Part shown: in pieces, positions 9,490 to 19,099 of the stretch
How positions within the stretch are numbered: position 1 is the stretch's first letter
How the letters are laid out: every line of letters starts with the position of its first letter
NCBI GenBank assembly: GCA_029258915.1
Contig: JAPDJU010000005.1
Coordinates: 201,797-265,796 of the forward strand
Length of the DNA: 64,000 bases
Reading direction: 5' to 3'
Origin: Thermoproteota archaeon
GTDB taxonomy: Archaea > Thermoproteota > Thermoprotei_A > EX4484-217-1
Translations under genes and position numbers: made by a program
Notes under the pieces: generated by a model
Database searches by the model: none
Told to the model about the DNA's origin: nothing
The model's input: only the letters and a program-made list of their open reading frames with translations

Positions 9490-9626
9490 CAGCTGCGGCC
9501 ATTAATATCATCGGCCCTCCCTCATAGAGGGAAAGGCTCATCATACTCTAAACCAATTTATTATTATAAGAGAAATATTTAGCTTTTTAACACAATATAG
9601 TATATTAAACAAGTAAAGCCGAGGTG

Positions 9627-10473
9627 AGCTACGTTTAAGAAAAAAATAATTTCTGCAGCTACACCACAAACAGAAGAAGGTAAGCAGTACCATATACAAT
9701 GCGGCCCAGGGGAAGTTGCTCCTTATGTTCTTCTTCCAGGAGATCCCGGAAGAGTATATAGAATAGTCAAGTACTGGGAAGAAAAGAAGGAGATTGCTAA
9801 ACATAGAGAATACGTAACATACACCGGTAAGTACAAAGGAGTACCTATATCAGCAACAAGTACAGGAATAGGTGGGCCAGCCGCGGCAATAGCTGTTGAA
9901 GAGTTAATACGTATAGGAGCACATACGTTTATAAGAGTTGGTACGACAGGGGTCATTCAAGAACATATCAAGGTAGGAGACTTAGTAATTTCCATAGCTG
10001 CTGTAAGATTTGATGGGGCAAGTAAACAATATGTTTACACAGAATACCCTGCTGTTGCCAGTTATGAAGTAGTTTTAGCACTTATAGAAGCAGCAGAGAA
10101 CCTTGGAATAAAATACCATGTAGGTATTTCAGCATCTACAGACTCCTTCTATACAGGTCAAGGTAGACCGGGATTTAAGGGATACATGTTAAGCTGGATG
10201 AAAAACATAATCCCTGATCTCCAAAAAGCAAATGTCTTAAACTTTGAAATGGAATCTTCAACAATATTTACATTAGCTAACATATATGGTGCACGAGCAG
10301 GCAGCATATGTGCAGCCGTAGCTAATAGGGTTACAGACGAATTCTTGATGGATGCAGGTGTTGAAGATGCCATAAAAGTTGCTAATGAAGCCGTACGAAT
10401 ACTTTACAGATGGGATGATGAAAAGAAGAAGGCAGGGAAGAAATATTTCTACCCTTCATTACTTAAAAAATAA
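9627..10473 (+). CDS. nucleoside phosphorylase, PNP/UDP family (uridine/purine/MTA phosphorylase-like); no canonical start codon found
   Basis: The frame is open from 9627 and carries the family motifs LLPGDPGRV, STGIGGPAAAIAVEEL, RVGTTG and LNFEMES. The first in-frame ATG/GTG/TTG lies about 180 codons in. Confidence 0.7.
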
Positions 10474-10485
10474 TCATTAATTGAG

Positions 10486-11493
10486 TTGGACAATATGCCT
10501 TCTAAGGTTATAGTTTCAAAGCTGATACAGGATATTATATCTTGGAACATTAGAAGCTCAACAGAATTAGTGGAGAGAACTTTTGAAACATTAGAGACTT
10601 TAACTAAGAAGACTGCGTCAATAAATGATTTAGTATTAAATACTACCCATGTGATAAGTGAAGTGATTAAAGTTAGGCCGACATCAGCGATGCTTATTAA
10701 CTGCTCTCGAGACATACTAGCTGTCTTAAATAAGGTAGTTAGTGAAAGACTTAAGCTGGATGAATCTAAAACAGCTATTTTAAATAAGCTAATGGAGCTT
10801 AGGCAAAAAATAACAGATGATATAGAGAGAATAGCCACCATAGGTGCTAATAGAATAGTTTCTGGAGATAAAATAATGACCTCAGCTTATAGCAGAACAG
10901 TTATGAAAATTTTTGAAAAAGCATTAGAGCAGAATAAGAAATTTGAAGTATATATTACCGAGTCGAGACCAGGGGATGATGGGAAAATAGTAGCATCAGA
11001 ACTGGGTAAGTTAGGGTTAAAAGTAACATTAATCCTTGATTCTGCTATGAGATATTTTATGAAGTATGTGACAAAAGTGTTTCTAGGTGCAGAAGCTGTA
11101 GCAGCAAATGGGGCAGTAATAAGCAAAGTAGGCTCGTCACTAATGGCCTTAATAGCTCATGAAGCTAGGGTTAGAGTTTTCATAGCTGCCTCAACACTGA
11201 AATTTAATTATGAAACAGTTTTCGGAGAACTCGTTAAAATACCTCATGCACCGGAGGAAACAATACTACCTAAGGAAGTTAAGCAGAAAATAGGTGAATT
11301 AGTTAAAACAGAGATTCCAATATTAGACGTTATTCCCCCAGAATATGTGGATGCAATAATAACGGAATATGGTGTTATAGCACCTCAAGCAATACCACTT
11401 CTAATGAGAGATGTCCTTAAAGCATGGCCACTTCAGGCAACAGATGTTTATGTGGTAATAGATAGAATTTTGAAGGCGGTAAATAATGGTTAA
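10486..11493 (+). CDS. eIF-2B alpha/beta/delta family protein (aIF-2B subunit or MtnA / ribose-1,5-bisphosphate isomerase-like sugar-phosphate isomerase)
   Basis: 335 aa with the e2B-family Rossmann segment VILDSAMRYFMKYVTKVFLGAEAVAANGAV. Confidence 0.75.
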   Translation: MDNMPSKVIVSKLIQDIISWNIRSSTELVERTFETLETLTKKTASINDLVLNTTHVISEVIKVRPTSAMLINCSRDILAVLNKVVSERLKLDESKTAILNKLMELRQKITDDIERIATIGANRIVSGDKIMTSAYSRTVMKIFEKALEQNKKFEVYITESRPGDDGKIVASELGKLGLKVTLILDSAMRYFMKYVTKVFLGAEAVAANGAVISKVGSSLMALIAHEARVRVFIAASTLKFNYETVFGELVKIPHAPEETILPKEVKQKIGELVKTEIPILDVIPPEYVDAIITEYGVIAPQAIPLLMRDVLKAWPLQATDVYVVIDRILKAVNNG

Positions 11494-12481
11494 AATAAAA
11501 TGTCCTGTAGAGGTTCTTCAAATAGCTAATGACATAAAAACCATGAAGATACGAGGAGCTGGTAGAATAGCTAGAGCAGCAGCAAAAGCATTAAAAATTG
11601 CTGCTGAAAAATATGAAGGTCCAGACGATGTAGAAGTTTTCATAGCTTATATTGATCATGCTGCAAAAATACTTTTAGAAACCAGACCTACAGCTGTTTC
11701 CTTACCTAACGCAATAATGTATGTTACAACAAGGTTAAGAAGAAAAAGACCTATTAATATGGCTGAAGCAAAAGCCTTAGTAGCAAAATTATCTAATGAA
11801 TTTATAAAGTACTCTTTAACAGCAACAGAAAAAATAGGCATCATCGGCTCTAGAAGAATATTAAGTGGAGACGTAGTGTTAACACATTGCAACAGTACGG
11901 CAGCCCTTTCAGTAATAATACATGCACATAAACAAGAGAAAGATATTAAAGTTTATGCTACTGAAACTAGACCTAAATTTCAAGGACATATAACAGCAAG
12001 AATACTACTTTCTGAAGGAATAGATGTTACATTAATTCCGGACTCTGCTGTAAGATACATAATGAAGAAGGTGAATAAGGTAATTGTAGGTGCAGACACT
12101 GTAGCAGCCAATGGAGCAGTAGTTAATAAAATAGGTACATCAAACATAGCTTTAGCAGCACATGAAGCCAGAGTTAGAGTCTTTGTAGCTGCTGAGACAT
12201 ATAAGTTCAGCCCAGCTACAGTGATAGGGGAACTTGTTGAAATAGAGGAAAGAGATCCAAGAGAAATGGTTGACGAGAAATATTTGAAAGAAAATTCAAA
12301 TGTTACTGTTAGAAACCCCGCATTTGATATAACGCCTCCAGAATATATAGATGCAATAATAACCGAAGAAGGTCTCATACCGCCTCAAGCAGCATACCTT
12401 ATACTAATAGAAAAATTTGGCTGGATAATTCAAGATTACTTCATAAGTAAATATCCATCAAGAGGTGAAGATGAAGAATGA
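11486..12481 (+). CDS. eIF-2B alpha/beta/delta family protein, second tandem paralog
   Basis: 331 aa with TLIPDSAVRYIMKKVNKVIVGADTVAANGAV. The start overlaps the previous gene by 8 nt. Confidence 0.75.
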   Translation: MVKIKCPVEVLQIANDIKTMKIRGAGRIARAAAKALKIAAEKYEGPDDVEVFIAYIDHAAKILLETRPTAVSLPNAIMYVTTRLRRKRPINMAEAKALVAKLSNEFIKYSLTATEKIGIIGSRRILSGDVVLTHCNSTAALSVIIHAHKQEKDIKVYATETRPKFQGHITARILLSEGIDVTLIPDSAVRYIMKKVNKVIVGADTVAANGAVVNKIGTSNIALAAHEARVRVFVAAETYKFSPATVIGELVEIEERDPREMVDEKYLKENSNVTVRNPAFDITPPEYIDAIITEEGLIPPQAAYLILIEKFGWIIQDYFISKYPSRGEDEE

Positions 12482-13422
12482 CACCGGACGTTATAGCTGT
12501 AGGAAACGCAAACGTAGACATAATAATGTATGTTGACAAAATACCAGGCGAAGACGAAGCAATAGAGGCACGAGATGCAGTAATTTCTGCAGGAGGTTCA
12601 GCAGCAAACTATGCAGTGGCTCTATCCAGGTTAAATGTAAGAAGCGGTTTCATAGGGAGAATAGGTAAAGACAATTTTGGTGACTTTATCAAAAATGAGT
12701 TTATCAAAGAAAAAGTAGACATATCAAGGCTAAAAGTAGATAATAAGCACCCCACAGGTAAAGTATTCATCATAGTTACAAAGGATGGAAGTAGGAGGAT
12801 GATAGCCTATAGAGGAGCAAATGCATACGTTTCTAAAAACGACTTAGATGAGAACTATATTTCAAAAGCAAAAATACTGCATGCGGCAAGTATAAGGAAA
12901 AAACTAGCCGAAGATGTAGCTGAAATGATCCTAAAGTATAACGTAGCTTTTAGCTACGATCCTGGATCTGTAGTCTGCAAATATGGTTTAAAAGGATTCC
13001 TTAATATACTCAAACACGTTAAAATACTTTACTTAAACTTGAGAGAGTTAGAATGTCTAACAGGCTCCAAAGACCCTGAATCAGCTTTTCAGCTTTTAAA
13101 ATATGGGCCAAGAATAGTTGTAGTTAAAATGGGTTCTAAGGGTTCATATATAGTGTTTAGCGATGCAAGAATAAGAGTGCCGCCTTATAAACCTAAACAA
13201 GTTGTCGACACTACCGGAGCAGGAGACGTGTTTGCAGCTGCACTTACAGCATCTTTACTTAAAGGCTATAATTTATGGGACTCTGCGCTTTTTGCTAGCA
13301 TTGCTGCTGGGATAAAAGTTAGTAGGAAAGGTGCAAGAAACGGAATACCCTATGAGCATGAAATAGTAACAGTATTTAATAAATTACGTGAAAAACTAAG
13401 TAAGGGCCTTATACTAACTTAG
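12478..13422 (+). CDS. PfkB/ribokinase-family sugar (phosphate) kinase
   Basis: 314 aa with the C-terminal DTTGAGDVFAAAL PfkB signature. Its ATG overlaps the upstream stop (ATGA). Confidence 0.8.
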   Translation: MTPDVIAVGNANVDIIMYVDKIPGEDEAIEARDAVISAGGSAANYAVALSRLNVRSGFIGRIGKDNFGDFIKNEFIKEKVDISRLKVDNKHPTGKVFIIVTKDGSRRMIAYRGANAYVSKNDLDENYISKAKILHAASIRKKLAEDVAEMILKYNVAFSYDPGSVVCKYGLKGFLNILKHVKILYLNLRELECLTGSKDPESAFQLLKYGPRIVVVKMGSKGSYIVFSDARIRVPPYKPKQVVDTTGAGDVFAAALTASLLKGYNLWDSALFASIAAGIKVSRKGARNGIPYEHEIVTVFNKLREKLSKGLILT

Positions 13423-13423
13423 T

Positions 13424-13918
13424 TTAAACAATTTCAGCTACAAATGAAATTTTTATTTTCCTAAATATGCCCTCTAAAGATCTTTTTCCATAAGCATTAA
13501 ATAGATTATACCAGCCTTTAGAAAACCTATTATCTTTTAAAGTGACTCTTTTTTCAAACTCTTTCTCACTAAGATATGTTCTTCCATCAATATAAGATAT
13601 GAGGCCACATATGGTGTTCCATGGACTTATATAATATTTAACAAAAGGTAAGTGCTTACTTAGTTCTTCAAAATACTCTCTCTGCCCTAGTAATGTACCA
13701 TAACCTAAGTCTCCTTCAACTTCAACGTATCTATACTTAGGATAGTCATCATATCTATCAACTAATACAAAGAATTCTAGAACTTTACCTTTAGGTATAT
13801 CTTCATAACACATTAAACCTAATTTAAAAATGGAGTGCTCGGCTACTGTATATCCCAGTATCCTTTCTCTTAATCTAGGTTTCTGAATATTCTTCATGAT
13901 GAGTTTTATTTTAAACAA
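13424..13918 (-). CDS. hypothetical protein
   Basis: 164-aa ORF with no confident motif. Confidence 0.4.
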   Translation of the reverse strand: MFKIKLIMKNIQKPRLRERILGYTVAEHSIFKLGLMCYEDIPKGKVLEFFVLVDRYDDYPKYRYVEVEGDLGYGTLLGQREYFEELSKHLPFVKYYISPWNTICGLISYIDGRTYLSEKEFEKRVTLKDNRFSKGWYNLFNAYGKRSLEGIFRKIKISFVAEIV

Positions 13919-14003
13919 AAACTTACCTCTACAGCTTTAATTTTAAGAAAACTAAAACACTTAAAATATTTAAAAATACTATACTACAGTCGGTGATAGA
14001 GGC

Positions 14004-14522
14004 ATGGCTGAAGAAATACCCTTAAGACCTTTAGGTAAGCAGGATATTCACAAACTTGAAACAGCACTTTTAATAGCTACATTATTAAGACCTGATGTTA
14101 TAGAGGAAATAAGGAAGGCAGAAGAAAGACTGACATGGGTTGACAGTTTAGCTGTAGCTGCAGCAGCACTTGCCAGGTCTAAAGCAGGATACCCAGCATC
14201 AAAAATAGCTGACGAATTAGGCAGAAGCGAAGGAACAATTAGAAACCACTTAGCAGGAAAGACTAAGGCAGGAAAACTTATTCATGAAACATATCGGAGG
14301 TTCCTACGTGAAGGTGTAAGAATAGAAATACCCGAGGTAGTTGAAGAACAGTATAAGAGGGAAATAGAGAAATTACGAAAGGAAATAGAAGAACTAAATA
14401 ATGTCAAAGTAGAATTAGAAAATAAAGTAAAAAGTTTAGAAGAAAAAGTTAGAACACTTGAAGAAGCATCCAAGTATAAGCAAAAACTAGAGGAAATAAA
14501 GAGAATTATAGCTTCAATATAA
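14004..14522 (+). CDS. HTH (sigma70-region4/LuxR-like) DNA-binding protein with C-terminal coiled coil
   Basis: 172 aa. YPASKIADELGRSEGTIRNHL is the HTH segment. The C-terminal heptad-rich segment is EIEKLRKEIEELNNVKVELENKVKSLEEKVRTLEE. Confidence 0.55.
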   Translation: MAEEIPLRPLGKQDIHKLETALLIATLLRPDVIEEIRKAEERLTWVDSLAVAAAALARSKAGYPASKIADELGRSEGTIRNHLAGKTKAGKLIHETYRRFLREGVRIEIPEVVEEQYKREIEKLRKEIEELNNVKVELENKVKSLEEKVRTLEEASKYKQKLEEIKRIIASI

Positions 14523-14571
14523 TCCATATTCTTTACCAATACAACTTAAAATTTGTCTAGAAAGCCTTTGA

Positions 14572-15894
14572 GTGGTGAAAAGTTTGCCATCTATTCTTCT
14601 TTTTAACCCTACAATACTTACTATGTCTAGTGAAGGTGACATTATAGAGCAAGGTTACATTTACATAGATGAAGGAAAGATAGTTGGTGTAGGTAAAATT
14701 GATGAGCTACCTTACGAATTCAAGTACGCCGACCTGGTACTAAACCTTAAAGGCAGAATAGCATTACCGGGATTTATAAGTTACCATAACCATTTAGCTT
14801 TACATTTAATTCGCTTCATAGGAATAGGACTTACGTTAGACGAATGGATAGACCTAGTGGCTTGGCCTTACGAGAAATCGCTTACCCCGGAGGAATCATA
14901 CTATGCTGCAAAATTAGCAATATACAACTTGCTAAAAAGTGGTGTTGTAGGCGTAGCTGATATGCATTTTAACATGGACTCGGTAGCAAGAGCAGTTCAT
15001 GAAACCGGAATAATGGCTAACCTGTCAGTTGCAATAATGGATACTAAAATAAAGTCCTATGAGGAAACACTCAAAGAGAATTTAGATCTTTACAAGAAAT
15101 GGAACGGTGTAGATAATAATAGAATAACTGTTTCACTGGGGCCCTGCGGTATTAGGTTTCTAAAAACCAACCAGTTTCAAGAAATTTCAACAATAGCTAT
15201 GGAGGAAAACATGCCTATTCACATGCATCTATCGGAGATACAAGACGATGTAAAATATGCTAGGGAAGAATATGGTAAAAGACCTGTAGAAGTACTTCGT
15301 GATTTAGGCCTTTTAGGTGAAAGAACTCTATTGGCTCATGCTGTGTGGGTTTCAGAAAGAGAGATAGATATCTTAGCAAAAACATTAACAAATATTGCAC
15401 ATTGCCCTATATCAAATACTGTTCTCTTATCAGGCATAGCGCCGTTAATAAGTATGCTTCATAAAAAGGCGCGTGTAGGTTTCGGTGTGGATGTTAATCC
15501 TGAATGGGATGTACTAGCAGAAGCGAGAACAGCTATGTATATAACCAATAATTTATATGGCTCTCCTCCAAGGTTAAAATCTTTTGAAATATTAAAAATG
15601 GTTACAGGAGGTATAGCAAAGTTTCCAGGTATAGAAAAACATGGCTTAATTAAGCCTGGTTACGATGCAAATATAGTTGTTTTAAACACTAAAGATCCTG
15701 AAGGGTGGCCATATAAGGGATCATACTATTCTACAGTATTATTTTCTAAGGCAGAGGTTGAAACGGTTATTGTTAAAGGTGAGGTGCTTGTTGATGGAGG
15801 AGAAGTACTTACAATAAGCGATAAGGATGTTGAAAAAGCTAAAAACATTTTAATTAAAAAACTAGATGAGCTACCTATACTTAAACAAGCTTAA
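14572..15894 (+). CDS. amidohydrolase, MTA/SAH (5'-deoxyadenosine) deaminase / chlorohydrolase family
   Basis: 440 aa with the metal-binding segments HNHLALH, HMHLSE, LAHAVW and GVDVNP. GTG start at 14572, with an alternative ATG at 14623. Confidence 0.75.
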   Translation: MVKSLPSILLFNPTILTMSSEGDIIEQGYIYIDEGKIVGVGKIDELPYEFKYADLVLNLKGRIALPGFISYHNHLALHLIRFIGIGLTLDEWIDLVAWPYEKSLTPEESYYAAKLAIYNLLKSGVVGVADMHFNMDSVARAVHETGIMANLSVAIMDTKIKSYEETLKENLDLYKKWNGVDNNRITVSLGPCGIRFLKTNQFQEISTIAMEENMPIHMHLSEIQDDVKYAREEYGKRPVEVLRDLGLLGERTLLAHAVWVSEREIDILAKTLTNIAHCPISNTVLLSGIAPLISMLHKKARVGFGVDVNPEWDVLAEARTAMYITNNLYGSPPRLKSFEILKMVTGGIAKFPGIEKHGLIKPGYDANIVVLNTKDPEGWPYKGSYYSTVLFSKAEVETVIVKGEVLVDGGEVLTISDKDVEKAKNILIKKLDELPILKQA

Positions 15895-16328
15895 ACGAAA
15901 TATATAGTTAGAGCTCCTTTTAGCTCTTCAAAATATACTTCTTTGTTAGCTGAGGTTTCAATGAATACTTCATCATCGGATACTATCATGTAGTTGTAAA
16001 GGAAAGCGCCAGGAGTTATCACGGTCAAGTATCTTGAGAAATCAATGTCCGTGTATCTTAGTTCAAATCCTTCAATTATTCTTGGTTTTTGAATGTATTC
16101 TCCCCTCGTAGAAATAGGGTTAACGTTTTCACTAAGTTTAACGTAGATGTAGTGTTTTTTACCATGCTTTCTCTCTTCAAACTTTTCTACATTACTTGAT
16201 ATTCTTACCTCCCTAGGTAGAAGCATAAAAATAATGTTTTTAAACGCAATAACTAGTTCGTAAGGTTTAAACGTAGCTATTAAAGAACCTTTTTTAGGAA
16301 CCCATTCAATGTATAGCTTTTTAGCCAT
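15891..16328 (-). CDS. hypothetical protein
   Basis: 145-aa ORF. Confidence 0.4.
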   Translation of the reverse strand: MAKKLYIEWVPKKGSLIATFKPYELVIAFKNIIFMLLPREVRISSNVEKFEERKHGKKHYIYVKLSENVNPISTRGEYIQKPRIIEGFELRYTDIDFSRYLTVITPGAFLYNYMIVSDDEVFIETSANKEVYFEELKGALTIYFV

Positions 16329-16355
16329 GAGCTTACACTTCCCGTAGGTGATTAA

Positions 16356-17222
16356 TTGAGTTCAAACAGCGGTAATAAACTACTTCGTAGACTTGCCTGT
16401 AAAGTTTTAGGAGTTGAGAAAGCTAAAAAGATATGGTCGCGTATCGAAATAATCGGGGATATAGCGGTAATACGTAAATCTCCGAACATAAGCATGGCTG
16501 AAATAAGGAAGATAGCTGAAGAACTTGTTAATGAAATAACCTATGTGAAAAGTGTTTGGTGTGCTATTTCCGAAGTAAAGGGAACATTTAGGCTTCGTGA
16601 ATATGTGCATTTAGCGGGTCAGCGGAAAAGCGAAACAATATATGTTGAACATGGATGCAAATTTAAACTTGACATAACTAAGGTCTATATCTCGCCAGCC
16701 CTAAATTACGAGCATAAAAGAATAGCTAATACGGTAAAACCCGGTGAAACCATAGTAAACATGTTTGCTGGTATAGGTCTTTTCTCAATAATCATAGCTA
16801 AGACTGTTAAACATGTAAAAATATATTCCATAGACATAAACCCTTACGCTTACAAATACATGGTAGAAAATGTTATGTTAAATAAAGTGGAAAACTATGT
16901 AATTCCCATTTTAGGAGACGCTGCTGAAGTCATTACGGAAAAACTAGTAGGTGTAGCCGATAGAGTGCTTATGCCATTACCGGAGCTAGCAATAAGTTAT
17001 TTGAAATACGCGATTTTATCAATGAAAAATAAAGGTTTTCTACATGCATACCTTTTCATAAGATCTATTGGTAAGAGAGAAAGCTTAGAAGAGGCACATA
17101 AAATGTATGCTAAAGAACTAGAGAAATATGTTAAAGATTATGAGCTTATATTTTCTCGTGTTGTAAGATCTGTTGGACCAAGAAAATACCAAGTAGTTTT
17201 AGATTACTATGTTAAAAAGTAA
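16356..17222 (+). CDS. Trm5/Tyw2-family SAM-dependent tRNA methyltransferase (Trm5 or Taw2/Taw22)
   Basis: 288 aa with SAM motif I NMFAGIGLFSI and the catalytic DINPYA motif of Trm5/TYW2 (Met-10+ family). Confidence 0.7.
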   Translation: MSSNSGNKLLRRLACKVLGVEKAKKIWSRIEIIGDIAVIRKSPNISMAEIRKIAEELVNEITYVKSVWCAISEVKGTFRLREYVHLAGQRKSETIYVEHGCKFKLDITKVYISPALNYEHKRIANTVKPGETIVNMFAGIGLFSIIIAKTVKHVKIYSIDINPYAYKYMVENVMLNKVENYVIPILGDAAEVITEKLVGVADRVLMPLPELAISYLKYAILSMKNKGFLHAYLFIRSIGKRESLEEAHKMYAKELEKYVKDYELIFSRVVRSVGPRKYQVVLDYYVKK

Positions 17223-17239
17223 GCAAAATTCTGACTGAA

Positions 17240-18394
17240 CTATCTTCTTCTACGTCTTCTCGGCACTTCAACCTCTAATGCTCTAGCTCCTACTCCGACA
17301 AGCTTTCTCAATATAGAATCTAGGAATTTAACGTAGAATCCCTTTTGACCAACAAACGGGCCGAAATTGTCTCTATCAACCTTGAATAGCATGTACGGTC
17401 CTGCAAAATCGGCATCTATGATGTGCTTATGTATCCAACTAACGGGATGTACTGCTCTAACTAGTTCCTTAAAGTCCAGTGTTAGCTCTATTGCCCTTAT
17501 TCTTAGCCCGACTTCTTCTTCTATTTTATTTATTCTTTCTCCTCCTCTACCAACAAGTCTGCCTAAATGGTCTTCCTTTGTTATTATTAATGCGTCTGGT
17601 GTATGTTCACCTGAAATCCCATACTTTTTCTTTTCATTAACAAATTCTGCAGCAGTTATTACGTCTGCATCTGGAGCATATGTTCTTGCTGCTTCAAGAA
17701 TTTCTCTTTCAACATCATTGAGTTTTCTCTTTCTCATACGTACTTCTAATATTAGTCTTATACCTCTCCTAGCTCCAACCCTTACGACGTCTTTAAGCCC
17801 TAAGTCGATAACTATTGCTCTTTCTTCGCCTATTAGAGCTTCTCGAAGAAGCGTTGCACCATCTAAAACTATTTCTGGGTTTTTCTGGAAAACCGGATCT
17901 CCAGCTATAATCATTTTGCTATTATTACCCATTCTCATAAGAAGTTCTAGCGAGCTCTCTGGCGGTATGTTCTGGGCATCATCTAAAAACAGTATTGAAT
18001 TATCGAATGTTCTACCACGTAAGAAGTGTATATCAGCTAAAATGACTTTCTCCTTTTTAATAAGGTCCTCAATAATGTTCCAATATATGAAACTGGATAA
18101 TATATCTCTAATGTATGTTGAAATAATTTCATAATATAGGCTGCCTAGCTCTACAGCTGTTATTTCTTTTTCTAAAACTATGTCTATAAGAGGCCTTGCT
18201 ATGATAAATCTTTGGTACTTCTCCTTTAAAACTTCTGTAATACCATATGCTATTGATAGCAAGCTTTTACCTGTACCTGTAGGGCCAAAAACACTAACAA
18301 TGTCGTAGTCCTTACTATGGAGTGCTTTTAGGAATTCTTCTTGACCGGAGGTTAATGGTTTAATAACATCCAATGGTGTTTTAATCTTGGTCAT
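17240..18394 (-). CDS. PhoH-like ATPase with C-terminal KH domain
   Basis: 384 aa. Walker A is FGPTGTGKS. The KH-type segment is LVGRGGERINKIEEEVGLRI. Confidence 0.75.
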   Translation of the reverse strand: MTKIKTPLDVIKPLTSGQEEFLKALHSKDYDIVSVFGPTGTGKSLLSIAYGITEVLKEKYQRFIIARPLIDIVLEKEITAVELGSLYYEIISTYIRDILSSFIYWNIIEDLIKKEKVILADIHFLRGRTFDNSILFLDDAQNIPPESSLELLMRMGNNSKMIIAGDPVFQKNPEIVLDGATLLREALIGEERAIVIDLGLKDVVRVGARRGIRLILEVRMRKRKLNDVEREILEAARTYAPDADVITAAEFVNEKKKYGISGEHTPDALIITKEDHLGRLVGRGGERINKIEEEVGLRIRAIELTLDFKELVRAVHPVSWIHKHIIDADFAGPYMLFKVDRDNFGPFVGQKGFYVKFLDSILRKLVGVGARALEVEVPRRRRRR

Positions 18395-18400
18395 AATTTT

Positions 18401-19012
18401 TCACCTACCACTTTTCAACCAGTTTTTTCTGATTTCAGTTTCTAGTTTAAATATCTTCTTCTTAGAATCTAGAAGTAACTTATTGGCCCATTTAACTAAC
18501 GATTTTAAGCTACTTTTTCTGTATATGAATTTTCCATAAAGTCTTAAAGGAACTTCTAAATGTTCGTTACTTCTCAGCTCTACAACTATACCTGTTCTAG
18601 CAAAACTTATTATGCCACTATGTTTAAACCCTATGTTTCTAGCTATCTTTAAAAGCTCTTGAGCTCTTGTAGGGGTTAAACAAGATACATGAAATATAGG
18701 GGGCTGAAGAACAAACCATAGGTTTTTATCGTCGCTCACCTCTAATATTTTTTCCAAGTTTCCTACACTTATTGGATCATGGGATTTTAAGTATACTTTG
18801 ATAGATTTTCTATCCCAGGGTCTTTTAGAGGAAAATACCATAATTCTGCCTGAACAACTACTCGTAGTAAATACGTCATTAAACCCGTTCAACAAAAGAA
18901 TCAATGTTTCAAGTTCTTTATCAAAATATCCAGTTTCCATATCTTTTTTAAGCCTTCTAAGAAATGCCTTTTTTCTATTAAACCAAGCATTGTAATCTAC
19001 AGTCTCCTGCAT
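18401..19012 (-). CDS. taw3: tRNA wybutosine-synthesis protein Taw3 (TYW3 homolog)
   Basis: 203 aa with the TYW3 hallmark SSCSGRI motif. Confidence 0.7.
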   Translation of the reverse strand: MQETVDYNAWFNRKKAFLRRLKKDMETGYFDKELETLILLLNGFNDVFTTSSCSGRIMVFSSKRPWDRKSIKVYLKSHDPISVGNLEKILEVSDDKNLWFVLQPPIFHVSCLTPTRAQELLKIARNIGFKHSGIISFARTGIVVELRSNEHLEVPLRLYGKFIYRKSSLKSLVKWANKLLLDSKKKIFKLETEIRKNWLKSGR

Positions 19013-19099
19013 TTCTCACATAACCTCAACTACTAATACTAATTTATAGAGGAAATAAATAAGAGTAGTAATGCAGTATGAAGCAACAGTAGTTAACCG

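Noticed and set aside
9541-9956. Minus-strand ORFs 9541-9804 and 9723-9956
   Set aside because: They overlap the promoter and 5' region of the well-supported nucleoside phosphorylase gene on the plus strand, and have no motifs.
17367-18134. 255-aa plus-strand ORF antisense to the PhoH-like gene. Also the antisense ORFs 26912-27499 (inside birA), 11980-12378 (inside the second eIF2B-family paralog), 29696-29929, 36186-36488 and 57270-57641
   Set aside because: They are low-complexity, Ser/Leu-rich translations lying wholly within well-supported genes on the opposite strand. They are typical spurious antisense ORFs in AT-rich DNA.
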